Both the position numbers and the translations under genes were made by a program. From Torpedo marmorata (lineage: Eukaryota): a DNA stretch of 64,000 nucleotides. Shown here one piece after another: positions 51,356 to 63,879 of this stretch (position 1 is its first letter; each line of letters begins with the position of its first letter). The notes beneath the pieces were generated by a model. That model did not search any database. It was not told the DNA's origin and saw only the letters and a list, made by a program, of their open reading frames with translations. The stretch lies in assembly GCA_977017645.1 (NCBI GenBank), contig OZ360219.1, forward strand, positions 153,574,001-153,638,000. Direction: 5' to 3'.

Positions 51356-51835
51356 AAGAGCTGGGCACTGGTGTAGTCAAGCAGCATATAAAAGGTGCAA
51401 ACAGTGTTACTGATGATGAACATATCATCTCTGTTAAAAATGACAGTGAAGTTGCAAATCATCTGACTCAGAGATATCCTTGGCAGAATGTCAATGGTGA
51501 GGCAACACAGCTTATATCAAGGACCAGAAATGGCAGGTTCAAGTTTCCCATCAGTTGGAGAAAATGTATTCATCCTGTCATTGTCGTTGAACAGGCTATT
51601 TTGTGGGAATCGTGTGGCTGATACAGGTGGTGATTCAGAAACAGTACACCATCAGTGTGCCTGTGAGAACTGATGCTATTAATGCGTTCAGTGTAAAAAG
51701 TTTGATTGTATTCCTGTGAAGCACCTCAGAAAGAAGGTTTCAATGTGCACAGGGAGCTATATAAATAGATTGAATCTACACTACTGTTAGATCGAAGACT
51801 TAAAAAAAAAATCAATATGAAGTTCGGTGCATTAC

Positions 51836-52041
51836 CTTGGGACTGGTTTGTGTGGCTGGACTTGGAGCGGCTGAAGAAATATTCTTGATGTACTGTTGAG
51901 GTTTTGGTCCAGGCTTGGAGATTTGGTCATTGCAGGAAACCTGTTGACTGAACTTGACTCAGAGCTTACAAAGCTTCTCTCGTATGAACTCAGATTTGGA
52001 ACACTGACCACCCGTACTGGTAAATCTTCCATTCCCTTCTT
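51836..52041 (-). CDS. Putative coding exon of the unidentified gene (KKGMEDLPVRVVSVPNLSSYERSF...HKPVP)
   Basis: ttttag| acceptor and CAAG|gtaatg donor; fully open frame in non-repetitive sequence; ATG at 52032 in good Kozak context. Confidence 0.6.
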
Positions 52042-52189
52042 CTAAAATTCCGATTCATAAAAAAAACATACAATAAAATCTTATTAATTACTGCTTTCAA
52101 TGTGATTGCTATAATGGAACAAATTTAACTGAAAATGTAAAACCCCAAGTGATTAGTGGTTAGGAGCAAAGACCTGGTAAACTGTGTGA

Positions 52190-53330
52190 ATAAAAACACA
52201 ATGCTGGAGAAACTCAGCAGGTCACACAGCGTGCTTTATATAGCAAAGATAAAGGTAAATAATCAACATTTCAGGTCTGAGCCCTTCGTCAAGGTATGAG
52301 CAAAATGTAGGCAGGCACCTGGATAAAATGGTGGTGGGGGGAGGGTCAGGGGGAGGAGCACGGGCCCACAGGCAAGAGGTAATAGGTGGATAAGGGAGGG
52401 CACAAGAGAAAACAGGGGGAGGGGGTATAGCTCTGTGAATAGAGAGGGAAGGGGTGGAGAGGTGGAGGAAAAGAGATGGAGGGATAGGGTGGAGAGGGAG
52501 AACGGGGAGTGGTCCAGCAGAAACCAAATATGTCAATGTTAATGCCATCTGGCAGGAGCGTGCCCAGACAGTATATTAGGTGTGGCTCCTCCAATTTACG
52601 TTGGCCCTGATTTGGCAGTGCATGAGGCCATGGACAGACATGTCGGCACAGGAGTGGGGCACAGAATTGAAATGGTTGGCCACTGGGATATACCTGTCAT
52701 TGATGAGGACAGAGCGAAGGTGCTCAGCGAAGCAATCTCCCAGTCTGCGTCCAGTCTCTCCGATGTATAGAAGGCCACAATACGAGCACCGGATGCAGTA
52801 GATGACTCCCGTATATTCACTAGTAAAGTGTTGCTTCACTTGGAAGGACTATTTGGGGCCCTAGATGGTGGTGAGGGTGGAGGTGTGGGCGCAACTGTGG
52901 CACGTCCTGCAGTCACAGGGTAAGGTTCCAAGGGGGTGATTATTAGGAAGGGATGAATGGGCGAGGGAGTCACAGAGGGAGTGTTCCCTACGGACGGCGG
53001 AAAGGGGAGGAGAGGGGAAGATGTGTCTGGTGGTGGGATCATGTTGTAGGTAATGGAAAGTGCAGAAGATAATATGTTTGATGCGGAGCCTGGTGGGGTG
53101 GTAGATGAGGACAAGGGGAATCCTGTTCTTGTTGCGTCCAGGGGCAGGGCAGATGTACGGAAAATGGAGGCAATGTGTGTCAGGTCAGGGTTGAGTTGAT
53201 GGTGGTAGAAGGGAAGCCATATTTTTTGAAGAAGGAGGACATCTCGGATGATCTGGAGTGGAACACCTCGCCTTGGGAGCAGATTTGATGGAACGGTGGA
53301 ATTGAAAAAAGGAATAGAATCATTTCTGGG
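52190..53330 (-). mobile_element. Penelope-like element 3' half with GIY-YIG endonuclease
   Basis: GVIYCIRCSYCGLLYIGETGRRL...EH...VANHFNS; terminal motif shared with the other copies. Confidence 0.88.
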
Positions 53331-53509
53331 AACACAACTGTGTAAATGTTATCTTGCCCTTATTCCGAACTCGCCGCAGGCATTTAAGTCAACTACAGAG
53401 ACTTCAACTTCCCAAATATTGACTGGAACCTCCTTACTGCAAGAGGGATAGATGGGGCAGAATTTGTCAGGTGTGTCCAGGAAGGATTCCTGATACAGTA
53501 TGTGGACAA

Positions 53510-53741
53510 AAGTAAAACACAAAAATCTGTAGACATCGTGGTTGAAGTAAAAAACATAAATGCTGGAGAAGCTCAGCAGATCAAACAGTGTCTTTTATGT
53601 AGCAAAGGTAGAAATACATAACTGACGTTTCGGGCTTGAGCCCTTCATCAAAGCCCGAAACGGCGGTTATGTATTTCTACCTTTGCTACATAAAAGACAA
53701 TGTTTGACCTGCTGAGCTTCTCCAGCATTTGTGTTTTTTAC
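53510..53741. mobile_element. Inverted pair of Penelope termini
   Basis: About 90-bp inverted arms (53547-53637, 53651-53741); flanking duplication ACAG(T/A)ATGTGGACAA. Confidence 0.82.
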
Positions 53742-54121
53742 AGAATGTGGACAAGCTGACTAGAGGAAAGGCCATAATAGCTCTAGTACTAGGTAATGAA
53801 CCTGGTCAGGTGACAGACCTCTCAGTGTGGGTGCATTTTGGTGACAGTGACCACAACTCCCTGACATTTAGCATAGCTTTGGACATGGATAGGAGTAGAC
53901 AAAATGGTAAAGTGTTTAATTGGGGAAGGGCTAATTACGATGGGATTAGCAGGAACTGGGGAGAGTAAATTGGGAACATGTTCTCAGGGATAAGCACAGA
54001 AGTAATGTGAGGGACCACTTGCACAAAGTTCTGGATGAGATTGTCCCACTGAGACAGGGAAAAGATGATAGGATAAAGGAACAGTGGTTGACAAAGCTAG
54101 TTAAGAGAAAAAAGGAAGCGT

Positions 54122-55064
54122 TGTTATGGACCATGACTGACAGTTTGGACTGCAGACGGTAAGCAGGAAGGATGAAGTCTTTTGGAGTATACACTGGGAC
54201 CTGGTACTGAAAGAGTTAACTTGCCCAGGACTTCTTGTATTTACCAGAGAGAGACATCAGGGGGAGACAAAACAGTGAAAAGGACACTTGGTAAAACTTT
54301 GGAAAAGCAGGCTGCAGAGAAAACTCTCTCTCTAAGTCCTACAGTGGAAACTAAATCAGGAACAGTTTTGGAGTTGCAAAGGCGGGAGAACTCAGTTGGA
54401 TCCTGGCGTGTGCATCCCAGGGAAGAAGTGGGGAGAATAGCACAGAGTCTCTTGAATCAGAAAAGTCCAGGCTTGTACATCCCAGAGAGAAAAGGCTGGG
54501 GGAAAACAAGGCCTGATGATTCGGTATAATCCTGAGCTGTGAAAACAGCTTTTGTGAGGAACCGGCTGTGAAATCCAAGTATACGCCTTAATTCCAAAAC
54601 GGATCTGAATTCGCAATCCTTATGAAAACACAAGAAGGGAACGTCATCAGAGAAGAAAAGCAAGCCAAGTATTTGTAAGCATAAACAGTCATTGCCTCTC
54701 TCCAACGTTCATTCAGAAGTACTTCTACCAGCACACAGAGCTGAATTTGGAACCTGAACTTAGAGAGTGAATTTTTGTGGACTGTATTATTTTTTTGACT
54801 GACTTGTTTTTATGACTGACCTGGGGTTTTTGGGGAAAGTTTTTCCATTTTTACATAAGGGTCGTGCACAGACTGTAATGGTCTGGGCTTTACACACACA
54901 CACACACACACACACACCTTTTAGATAAGAATAGTGTTTATAGACATTTATAGTGGGGTTAATTTTTATGAAATTATATGTTTAATTGTATGTAATAAAT
55001 ATAAATTTCAATTTTACCCCCTTTGCATTGCGTCTTCTGTCGTTGCTGGTTTGAATTTGTAACA
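54122..55064. mobile_element. Solo LTR (Gypsy-type)
   Basis: TGTTA...TAACA termini, 4-bp TSD GCGT, AATAAA near the end; interrupts CR1 coding sequence. Confidence 0.85.
54892..54917. repeat. (CA)n microsatellite
   Basis: About 13 perfect AC units inside the solo LTR. Confidence 0.9.
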
Positions 55065-56138
55065 GCGTACATAATGTTTTGGAAGCAAAAGACAGGAAGG
55101 GCTCATGAGAATTATATGGTAGCCAGGAAGGAACTTAAGAAAGGACTGAGGAGACCTAGAAGAGGACATGAGAAGGCCTTGGCATGTAGGATTAAGGAAA
55201 ACCCTAAGGTGTTCTTTTCATATGTGAAGAACAGAAGAATGAAGAGAGTGAAGGTAGGGCCACTTAAGAATAAAGGAGGTAACATGCGCCTGGAGGCAGA
55301 GGAGGTAGGGGAAGTCCTAGATGAATACTTTGCTTCAGTGTTCACCAGAGAGACGGGCCTTGGTTAATGTGAGGTCAGTATAGAACAAGCTTATGTGCTG
55401 GAGCATGTTGAAGTTAAGAAAGAGGAAGTGTTGGATCTTCTTAAACATTTGGATTGATAAGTCCCAGGGACCAAATGAGATAGACACCAGGTTACTACAG
55501 GAGGCGAAGGAAGAAATTGCTGGGTTGTTGGCAATGATCTTTGCATCCTCCTTGGCCATAGGGGAGGTACTGGAGGATTGGAGTATTGCATATACAGTCC
55601 CCTTGTTTAGAAAAGGTAATGGGGAGAATCCTGGGAATTATAGACCAGTGAGTCTTGCATCAGTGGTGTGCAAACTATTGGAAAGGATTCTTAGGGACAG
55701 AATTTACAAGCATTTAGAGAAGCATAGTCTTCTCAGGGATAGTCAGCATGGCTTTGTAAGGGGCAGGCCATGCCTCACGAGCCTAACTGAGATTTTTGAG
55801 GGAGTAACAAAAGAAATTGATGATGGTAGGGCAGTAGATGTGGTGTATATGGATTTTAGTAAGACTTTTGGCATTTCATTCAAAAAATCATGATGCTCAG
55901 GATCCATGGATCCTTCACTGTGTGGATTCAGAATTGGCTTGCCTGTAGAAAGCAGAGAGTAGAGGTGGATGGAATGTACTCTGCCTGGATGTCAGTAACT
56001 AGTGAATTTTCGCAAGGATCTGTTCTGGGTCATCTGCTCTTTGTGATTTCTATAAATGACCTGGAGAAAGAAGTAGAGGGATGGGCCGGCAAGCTTGCAG
56101 ATGACACAAAGGTTGGAGGTGTTGTGGATTGTGTAGAA

Positions 56139-56929
56139 GGAGGAGCGTGGGAGCGGAGATACAGCGCTCCCGCGGGGTCCAACCGCCCAGTCGACTGCCG
56201 TCGGTTCCGCACGGGCTTTGAACGGCCCGTTAAAGGAGCCGATGGTGGTTTTATTTGAGATCCTGTGACCGCGGTGTCTGCGCCCAAGATGGCAGCGCCT
56301 ATTAATTGGCAGCAGCCACGAGGGGCTGCAGACTCCGGGGAAGCGGGGGACTGGAGCAGGGCACCAGTGGACGGGAAGATCACCCCTGTCTGAGAAGGAG
56401 AAGCGGAGAAGACGACCCACGGGATGGTGAGCACAGCGGCGGACCGTTGAGGGGCTCTGAGGCTGAAGGACCAGTGCATGCGGCGGGCTGCTGTCGACTC
56501 GAGGTGAGGAACCCGCGGAGGCTGTGGGCTGCTGGAGACTGCTGTGGGGGGACTCACGACGGGCTGCGGACTACTGGAGGTTGGCTCGAACTGGCTGGAG
56601 GAGTACCAGGTATCGGAACCAGGATGTGAGGGGGTGCCGAGGGCGACCTGACCGTGTTGGAGGTTCGGATCTGGAGCTCGGGATGCCGATCGTTTGGACT
56701 GGACTCTGTGTGGCTGCGGAAGCGCTGGAGGCGAATCTATGGACACTCGGTGACTCTGGGGGAACTCTCTTTTGCTTCTCTTTCTCTGACTGTAAGGATT
56801 GTTAGAGGCGCTTAGGCAATTTCTGCCGATGGCGAATCTGTCTGCCTTGCAGCAGGCAAAAATAAATTTTGTGGTATATGACACTGTCTTATTGCTGTGA
56901 CAATAAATTGAATCTTGAATCTTGATCTT
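56139..56929 (+). mobile_element. Non-autonomous GC-rich retroposon inserted in CR1
   Basis: Highly similar to the reverse complement of 61028-61885; GAAGG duplicated around the composite insertion. Confidence 0.8.
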
Positions 56930-59852
56930 TTTTTTAATTTTATTTAAACTTTTAAATCACAAAATACATAGAGTAAAATGTGATATATTTTCACCCCCCC
57001 CTCCCTTCCCTAACCCCCCATCCCCACTAATCTAATAATAAAGTAACAATAAAAAATAAAAATAGTAAAAAAGAAAGAAAAGAAAAAATAGAATGAGGGG
57101 AATATCATCTATAAACTAAATATATTACGGAGGTCAAATTTGCCAGCAGATCCGATATCTAGAGATCTTCAAATCCTTAAGCTCACAGCTCTCATATATG
57201 GGCTCCAAATTTTCAAAAAGAATTGATATTTATTACGTAAATTATAAGTAATTTTTTCCAGTGGTATACACGAACGGAGTTCTGCATGCCATCTTTCTAA
57301 TCCTAAATCTAAATCAGATTTCCAAGTAATAGCAATGCATTTTTTCGAAACAGCTAAAGCAATTCGCAAAAATTCTACTTGAAACATATTTAATTTCTTT
57401 TTAATACTAAATTTTCTAATATCGCCAAATAAAAATAACATAGGATCCATTGGAAATGTAATATTAAATACTTTATCTAAAAAAGTTTTTACTTTCAACC
57501 AAAAATCTTGAATCTTTGGACAAAACCATGTAGAATGTACAAAAGAACCTTCCTCATTATTACATCTAAAACATAAACCTGATAGTGTCGGATTAAATTT
57601 CTTTAATTTTTTAGGTGTTAAGTATAATTGAAAAAAATTGTATTGTACTAATCTATATCTAACATTAATAATCTTCGTCATACTTACGGTAATTTACATA
57701 ATTCTTTCCAATGATTCTCATCTATTTGTATATTCAAATCTAATTCCCACTTTAATCTTGATTTATGAATTCCTGCTTTAGGCATTTTCCTTTGAAACAA
57801 TTTATACATTTGAGAAATAAACTTATTAACTTCTCCATTAGTAACTAATAGTTCTAATTCATTTTGTCTTGGTAAAATCAAAGCATGACCTAATTTCTCA
57901 ATTAAAAAAGTTTTAACTTGATAATAAGTTAAAAATGTATTATCTAATATATTAAATTTATCTTTCATTCTTTGAAACGTAATAAATCTTCCAGCTTCAA
58001 AACAATCATTAATCTTCTTAATACCTTTTTGAAACCAAATTCTAAATAACTGACTGTTAATAGTAAATGGAATAAGTCCATTTTGATATAAAGGCATATT
58101 TGAAGAAATTAATCCTCTTCCACCTATCTCTTTATCCAACTTACCCCATATTTCTAACAAATGTTTGATAATCGGTGAATTTTTCTTTTTTACTGATATT
58201 AATTTAGAATCCCATTTATAGATAATCTCTTTTTTAAAACTCTCTCCTATATTATTTAATTCTATTTTAATCCAAGCTGACGTTTTATTTGAATCAAAAA
58301 ATTCATTAACAAATTTTAATTGAGCTGCTTTATAATAATTTTGAAAATTAGGAAGTTGCAATCCTCCTAACTCATAGTTCCAAGTTAATTTTTCCATACT
58401 TACTCTTGCTAACTTTCCTTTCCACAAAAAATTCCTAACAATAAAGTTTAAATCTTTAAAAAATTTTTTAGGAATTCCAAAATGAATTGATTGAAAAAGA
58501 TATTGAATTCTTGGAAAAATATTCATTTTAATACAATTTACCCTTCCCATTAAAGTTATAGGTAAATCTTTCCAATTCTCTAAATCTTTCTTTATTTTCA
58601 CAAATAATGATAAATAATTTAGTTTATATAAATTTTCCAATTTTGTATCAACCTTAACCCCTAAATATTTAATTCCCTCTTTAGCCCATTTAAATTGCGT
58701 TACTTCTTTACATCTAGTATAATCACCTTGAGATAAAGCCATTATTTCACTCTTATCTGAATTAATTTTATATCCAGATACTTCACCATATTCTCTTAGT
58801 ATAATAGATAATTGTTGAAGTGACATAATAGATTTTGTCATATATATCAATACATCATCTGCAAACAAACTAATCTTATGTTCTTCCATACCAACTTTAA
58901 TACCTACTATTTTAGGATCTTTTCTAACTAATTCGGCTAAAGGTTCTATTGCCAAAACAAATAATGCTGGTGATAGGGGGCATCCCTGTCTCGTAGATCG
59001 TGTTAAAGAAGATTTTGACGATGTTTGTCCATTTGTAACCACTTTAGCTGATGGTTCTTTATATATAGTTTTAATCCAATTTATAAATATATTACCAAAA
59101 CCAAATTTTTCTAATACCTTAAATAAAAAATTCCATTCTAATCTATCAAAAGCCTCTTCAGCATCTAATGTTACAACTAATGGTAAATCCTCCTTTTTAT
59201 TCAAACCAATTAAACTAATTAATCTAGCTATATTATCCTTTGAATATCTATTTTTAATAAAACCAGCTTGATCTAAATGTATCAAATCTGGTAGATATTT
59301 AGCCATTCTATTTGCTAAAATTTTTGCCATTATTTTATAGTTACATTCAATAATGAAATAGGTCTATATGATTCAGTTTTTAATACATCTCTATCTTTCT
59401 TTGGTATAACTGTAATTATAGCATTTAAAAATGTTTTTGGTAATAAATGAGTTTCTGTAATTTGATCTAATACTTCCATATACGGAGGTATTAATAAATC
59501 TTTAAATTCTTTATAAAATTCTGATGAAAACCCATCATCACCCGGAGATTTACCATTCTTCAACGATGAAAAAACTTCAGTAACTTCCCTCATTGTAAAA
59601 GGTAAGTCTAAAGAATCTCTACTCCGATCATTCAATTTAGGTAATGTAATTTTAGATTAAAATCTATTAATTTTAGAATCATCTTGATCAATCTGTGATC
59701 TATATAAATTCTGATAATAATCTTTAAAAGATTCATTTATTTCTTGAGGTTTATAAGTTATTTCTCCAGTATTCTTCTTCCTTATAGCATTTATAGTTTT
59801 AGAAACTTGTTCTTTTTTCAATTGCCATGCCAAAACTTTATGTGCTCTTTCT
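56930..59852 (-). mobile_element. 5'-truncated L1 (2.9 kb of ORF2) inserted into the retroposon tail
   Basis: KSPGDDG, YRPISLLN, LDAExAFD, RQGCPLSP, LFADD; two frameshifts; 15-bp TSD TTGAATCTTGATCTT (56915-56929, 59853-59867). Confidence 0.94.
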
Positions 59853-61027
59853 TTGAATCTTGATCTTGAAGGTTGTTGTAGGTTACAAAAGGATGTAGAC
59901 AGGATGCAGCGTTAGGCAGAAAAGTGGCAGATGGAGTTAAATCTGGATAAATAAGAAGTGATACATTTTGGCAGGTCGAACCTGAAGGCAGAGTATTTGG
60001 TTAATGGCAGGATTCTTAACAGTGTCTAAGAACAGAAGGACTTAGGGTCCAAATAAATGGATTTCTCAAGGTTGCTGCTGGTTGATAGGGTAGTTCAGAA
60101 GGCTTATGGTATGCTGGCCTTCATTTAGTCGGGGGATTGAGTTCCAAGAGTCATGATAATATTGCAGCTCTATAAAACACCGATTAGGTCACATTTGGAA
60201 TATTGTGTTAAGTTCTGGTTGCCTCATTACAGGAACGATGTGGATGCTTTGAAGACAGTGCAGAGGAGACTTGCCAGGATGTTGCCTAGTTTTGAGATTT
60301 TGTGTCTCATGAGGCAAGGTTAACAAAGCAAGAGCTTTTCGATTTGGAGCGAAGAAGGATAAGAGGTGACTTAGTAGAGGTCTACAAGATTATGAGAGGC
60401 ATAGATAGGATGGACAGTCAGCACCTTTTTCCAAGGGTGACAGTCGCAAATACCAGATGCCATCTGTATAAGGAGAGGGGAAGAAAGTTTAGGGGAAACG
60501 TCAGGGGTAGGTTTTTTTTTAAACACAGAGTTGTGGGTGCCTGGAATGTATTGCCAGGGGTGGTAGTGGAGGCTGGTACGAGGGCATTTAAAGAACTCTT
60601 AGGCAGGCACACGGATGCAAGAAAAATAGAGGGTTGTGTGTTAGGGAAGGTTTAGATTGTTGAGTAAGTTTATATATGTTGGCACAACATCGTGGGCTGA
60701 AGAGGCTGTACTGTGCTGTAATGTTCTGTTCTATGTTCTAAATCAACAGCATAAATACCTCACCTGGCAACATGAGGTGACAACTGACAGCCGAGCTCAC
60801 TTGCCCAGAAACTGAACATGTATAATCATGCAACTTCACTCATTAAGTTTGTCAGTTGTTGGAGACTAAACATTACAAAAAATAGTCTTCTGTTTCCTTA
60901 TCTTTGTTTTCTCTCCCTTACTCAAGATTTTCTTTCTCTTTCTGTATCAGATTTCACTCTCTCTCATTTATCTTCCTTTTACTCCATCCTTCCTCAGTTT
61001 ACTTCTCAAATACTTAATATCCCTGGT

Positions 61028-61885
61028 GATTCAAGATCAAGATTCAAGATTAAATTTATTGTCATAGTAATAAGACAGTGTCATATTCCACGAAATTTCT
61101 TTTTGCCTGCTGCAAGGCAGACAGATTCGCCACTGGCAGAAATTGCCTAAGCGCCTCTAACATTCCTAACAGTCAGAGAAAGAAAAGCAAAAGAGAGTCC
61201 CCCCAGAGTCACCGAGTGTCCGTAGATTCGTTTCCAGCGCTTCCGCAGCCACACAGAGTCCAGTCCAAATGATCGGCATCCCGAGCTCCAGATCCGAACC
61301 TCCAACACGGTCAGGTCGCCCTCGGCACCCCCTCGCATCCTGGTTCCAATACTTGGTACTCCGCCAGCCAGTTTGAGCCAGCCTCCAGCAGTCTGCAGCC
61401 CAGCGTGAGTCCCCCGACAGCAGTCTCCAGCAGCCCACAGCCTCCACGGGTTCCTCGCTTCGAGTCGCCAGCAGCCCGCCGCATGCACTGGTCCTTCAGC
61501 CTCAGAGCCCCTCACTGGTCCGCCGCTGTGGTCACCATCCCGTGGGTCGTCTCCTCCGCTTCTCCTTCTCAGACGGGGGGTGATCTTCCCGTCCTCTGGT
61601 GCCCTGCTCCAGTCCCCCGCTTCCCCGGAGTCTGCAGCCCCTCGTGGCTGCTGCCGATTAAAAAGCGCTGCCATCTTGGGTGCAGACCCCGCGGTCGCGG
61701 GATGTCAAATAAGACCACCGTCGGCTCCTTTAACGGGCCGTTCAAAGCCCATGCGGACCCGACGGTAGTCGACTGGGCGGCTGGACCCCGCGGGAGCGCT
61801 GTATCTCCGCTCCCTCGCTCCCCGCGGGTCCGCACCAGCGGCAGTGCTGCCGCTACAGCGGCTCCGGCAGCGTCGCCATTACAGC
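61028..61885 (-). mobile_element. Non-autonomous GC-rich retroposon, most complete copy in the window
   Basis: (TCAAGA)n at the left end, CpG-rich 5' region with GCCATCTTG, sharp boundary with AT-rich flank. Confidence 0.8.
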
Positions 61886-63149
61886 TTTGTAGTTTCCCCA
61901 AGTTCTGTAATACTTCATTTCTGTCACAACACTGTCTTGAACTCGATTCTTACAACCAAACCCATATAATTGGATAGAATTCTGATGGCAACATGCATGA
62001 AATCTGCACAGGAAAATCTGGGCCGGTGTTTTAAATGCAAATGGGAATCTCAAATAATGAGATGCCATCACTGGTTACTTATCAATAAAGCTCCTTCCTC
62101 GGCCTTAGTAATTTTACTTAATGATGCACATCAAATAATTGGGGTGAATTTGATAAGCTGGTGGATATTTTCAAGAATTTTCTTTTTGCTTTATTTGCAC
62201 CAGGGATAAGATCTTTCTTTGCCTAATTAGTGGAAATTAATTATGTAAATTCTACTGGAGCCAGTTCAGCAGTGTGAAATTATCATTAAAGCAAGATCAA
62301 AGAAAAATGAAATATATTTTCTCTTTGGTGGCTTGCATGCTGAACAAAAAATGAAAGAACCACAGTTCTTGAAAGCTTGTATTATCCACAGTTGGTGAAA
62401 TCTGCATTGTAGTCGAGAAGCAGAATTTTTATTCAGGCAATAGAGGGAAATAAAAATCTGGATCCCCTGTAGCTGATCTCAGAAACTAAAACACTCAATC
62501 ATTAACCTCATTGGTCCAATTAGTTTTCCCTAACTTAATTCTTCCCCCTTTATCCCTCTGAGCATGCTCATGCTTCCAGTTGGTTAAGGAATACCATTTG
62601 GCCATGTGGACCATAGAACAGTACAGCAGAGGAACAGGCTCTTCGGCCCACATGTCTGCACTGAACATGATGCTCAAGTTGAACTAAATCTCTGCTTCTT
62701 GCACATAATAGATGTCCTTCTATTCCCTGCATGTGTTGACAGATGTGCAGGGAGAATGGGAGAGTACTTTCACTTGCAGACTGGTGACCCAGGCCATTAT
62801 CAGGGCTTTGCGAACATAAAAATCAGAGGCACTTTCCCATCAGTGTGATGGGGAGCAGCAGGACAAGAGAGTTCTCCAACAACTTAGAGTAATTAATATT
62901 AACAGGAAATCTGAAATCAGCTAACCACTTGTGCAGATCTTCTTAGACCAATATATCTAGGTTTAATGAACTATTATGCTTTATAAATTAACACATTAAT
63001 CTGCATTTTTCAGGTAGATGCTATTGGTTGAAGAGCCAATAGAAAAACAAGCTCAACACCAAAAGGCAATTAAAATATTCAAATTATGCTTTGGGCTCCT
63101 GGATGATTTTCTAGCACCTTGCAATTCAGTTCAGAATGATTAGTCATTC

Positions 63150-63825
63150 AGATGATTGTGGACTTCAGGAGGAAGTCAGGGGAACATGACTCAGTTCTCA
63201 TCGAGGGCTCAGTAGTGGAGAGGGTCAAGAACTTCAAATTCCTGGGTGTCAACATCTCCGAGGATCTGTCCTGGAGCCTCCACGTTGATGCAATCACAAA
63301 GAAGGCTCGCCAGCGGCTATACTTTGTGAGGTGTGTGAGGAGATTCGGTATGTCACCGAAGACTTTCGTAAACCGTGGAGAGCATTCTAGCTGGTTGCAT
63401 CACTGCCTGGTATGGAGGCGCCAACTCTCAGGACAAGAATAAACTCCAGAGGGTTGTTAACTCAGCCTGTGACATCACAGGCACCAGACTTCACTCCATC
63501 GAGGACATCTACAAAAAAGCAGCCTCTATCCTCAAAGACCCCCACCACCCAGGCCATGCCCTCTTCACTCTGCTATCATCGGGAAAATGGTACAGGAGCC
63601 TAAAGACGAGCACTCAACGGCACAAGGACAGCTTCTTCCCCGCTGCCATCAGGTCCTAAATAATCAATGAACCAAAGACATTGCCTTACTTTTCATGCAC
63701 TATTATTTAAATATATTTTTATAGTAATGTCTTAAGATGGTTATAATATGAATGTTTGCACTATGATGCTGCTGCAAAACACAGAATTTCATGACTTGTT
63801 CATGACAATAGATTCTGATTCTGAA
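63150..63825 (+). mobile_element. Rex1/Babar 3' fragment
   Basis: MIVDFRRK...FKFLG...KKARQRLYF; (GATTCT)n tail. Confidence 0.88.
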
Positions 63826-63879
63826 GTGCTGACATATGCCATTTTCTAGAAATGTTCAAGAAACAGAAAGAAAGTTAAA

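Larger units (their letters stand above)
53385..60740 (+). mobile_element. CR1 LINE ORF2 split by four nested insertions
   Basis: APE (DFNFPNIDW, DSDHN), RT (NYRPVSL, QHGF, DFSK, QGSVLG, ADDTK), C-terminus, (GTTCT)n tail; segments rejoin across the insertions. Confidence 0.88.

Noticed and set aside
56030-56884. 284-aa proline/serine-rich ORF
   Set aside because: It is an antisense shadow of the GC-rich retroposon and is not kept open in the other copies.
60764-60811. Possible upstream 48-nt minus-strand exon (cag|...CAG|gtgagg) of the unidentified gene
   Set aside because: Its open frames do not join the 52041 exon in phase; it could be a UTR exon but is unsupported.
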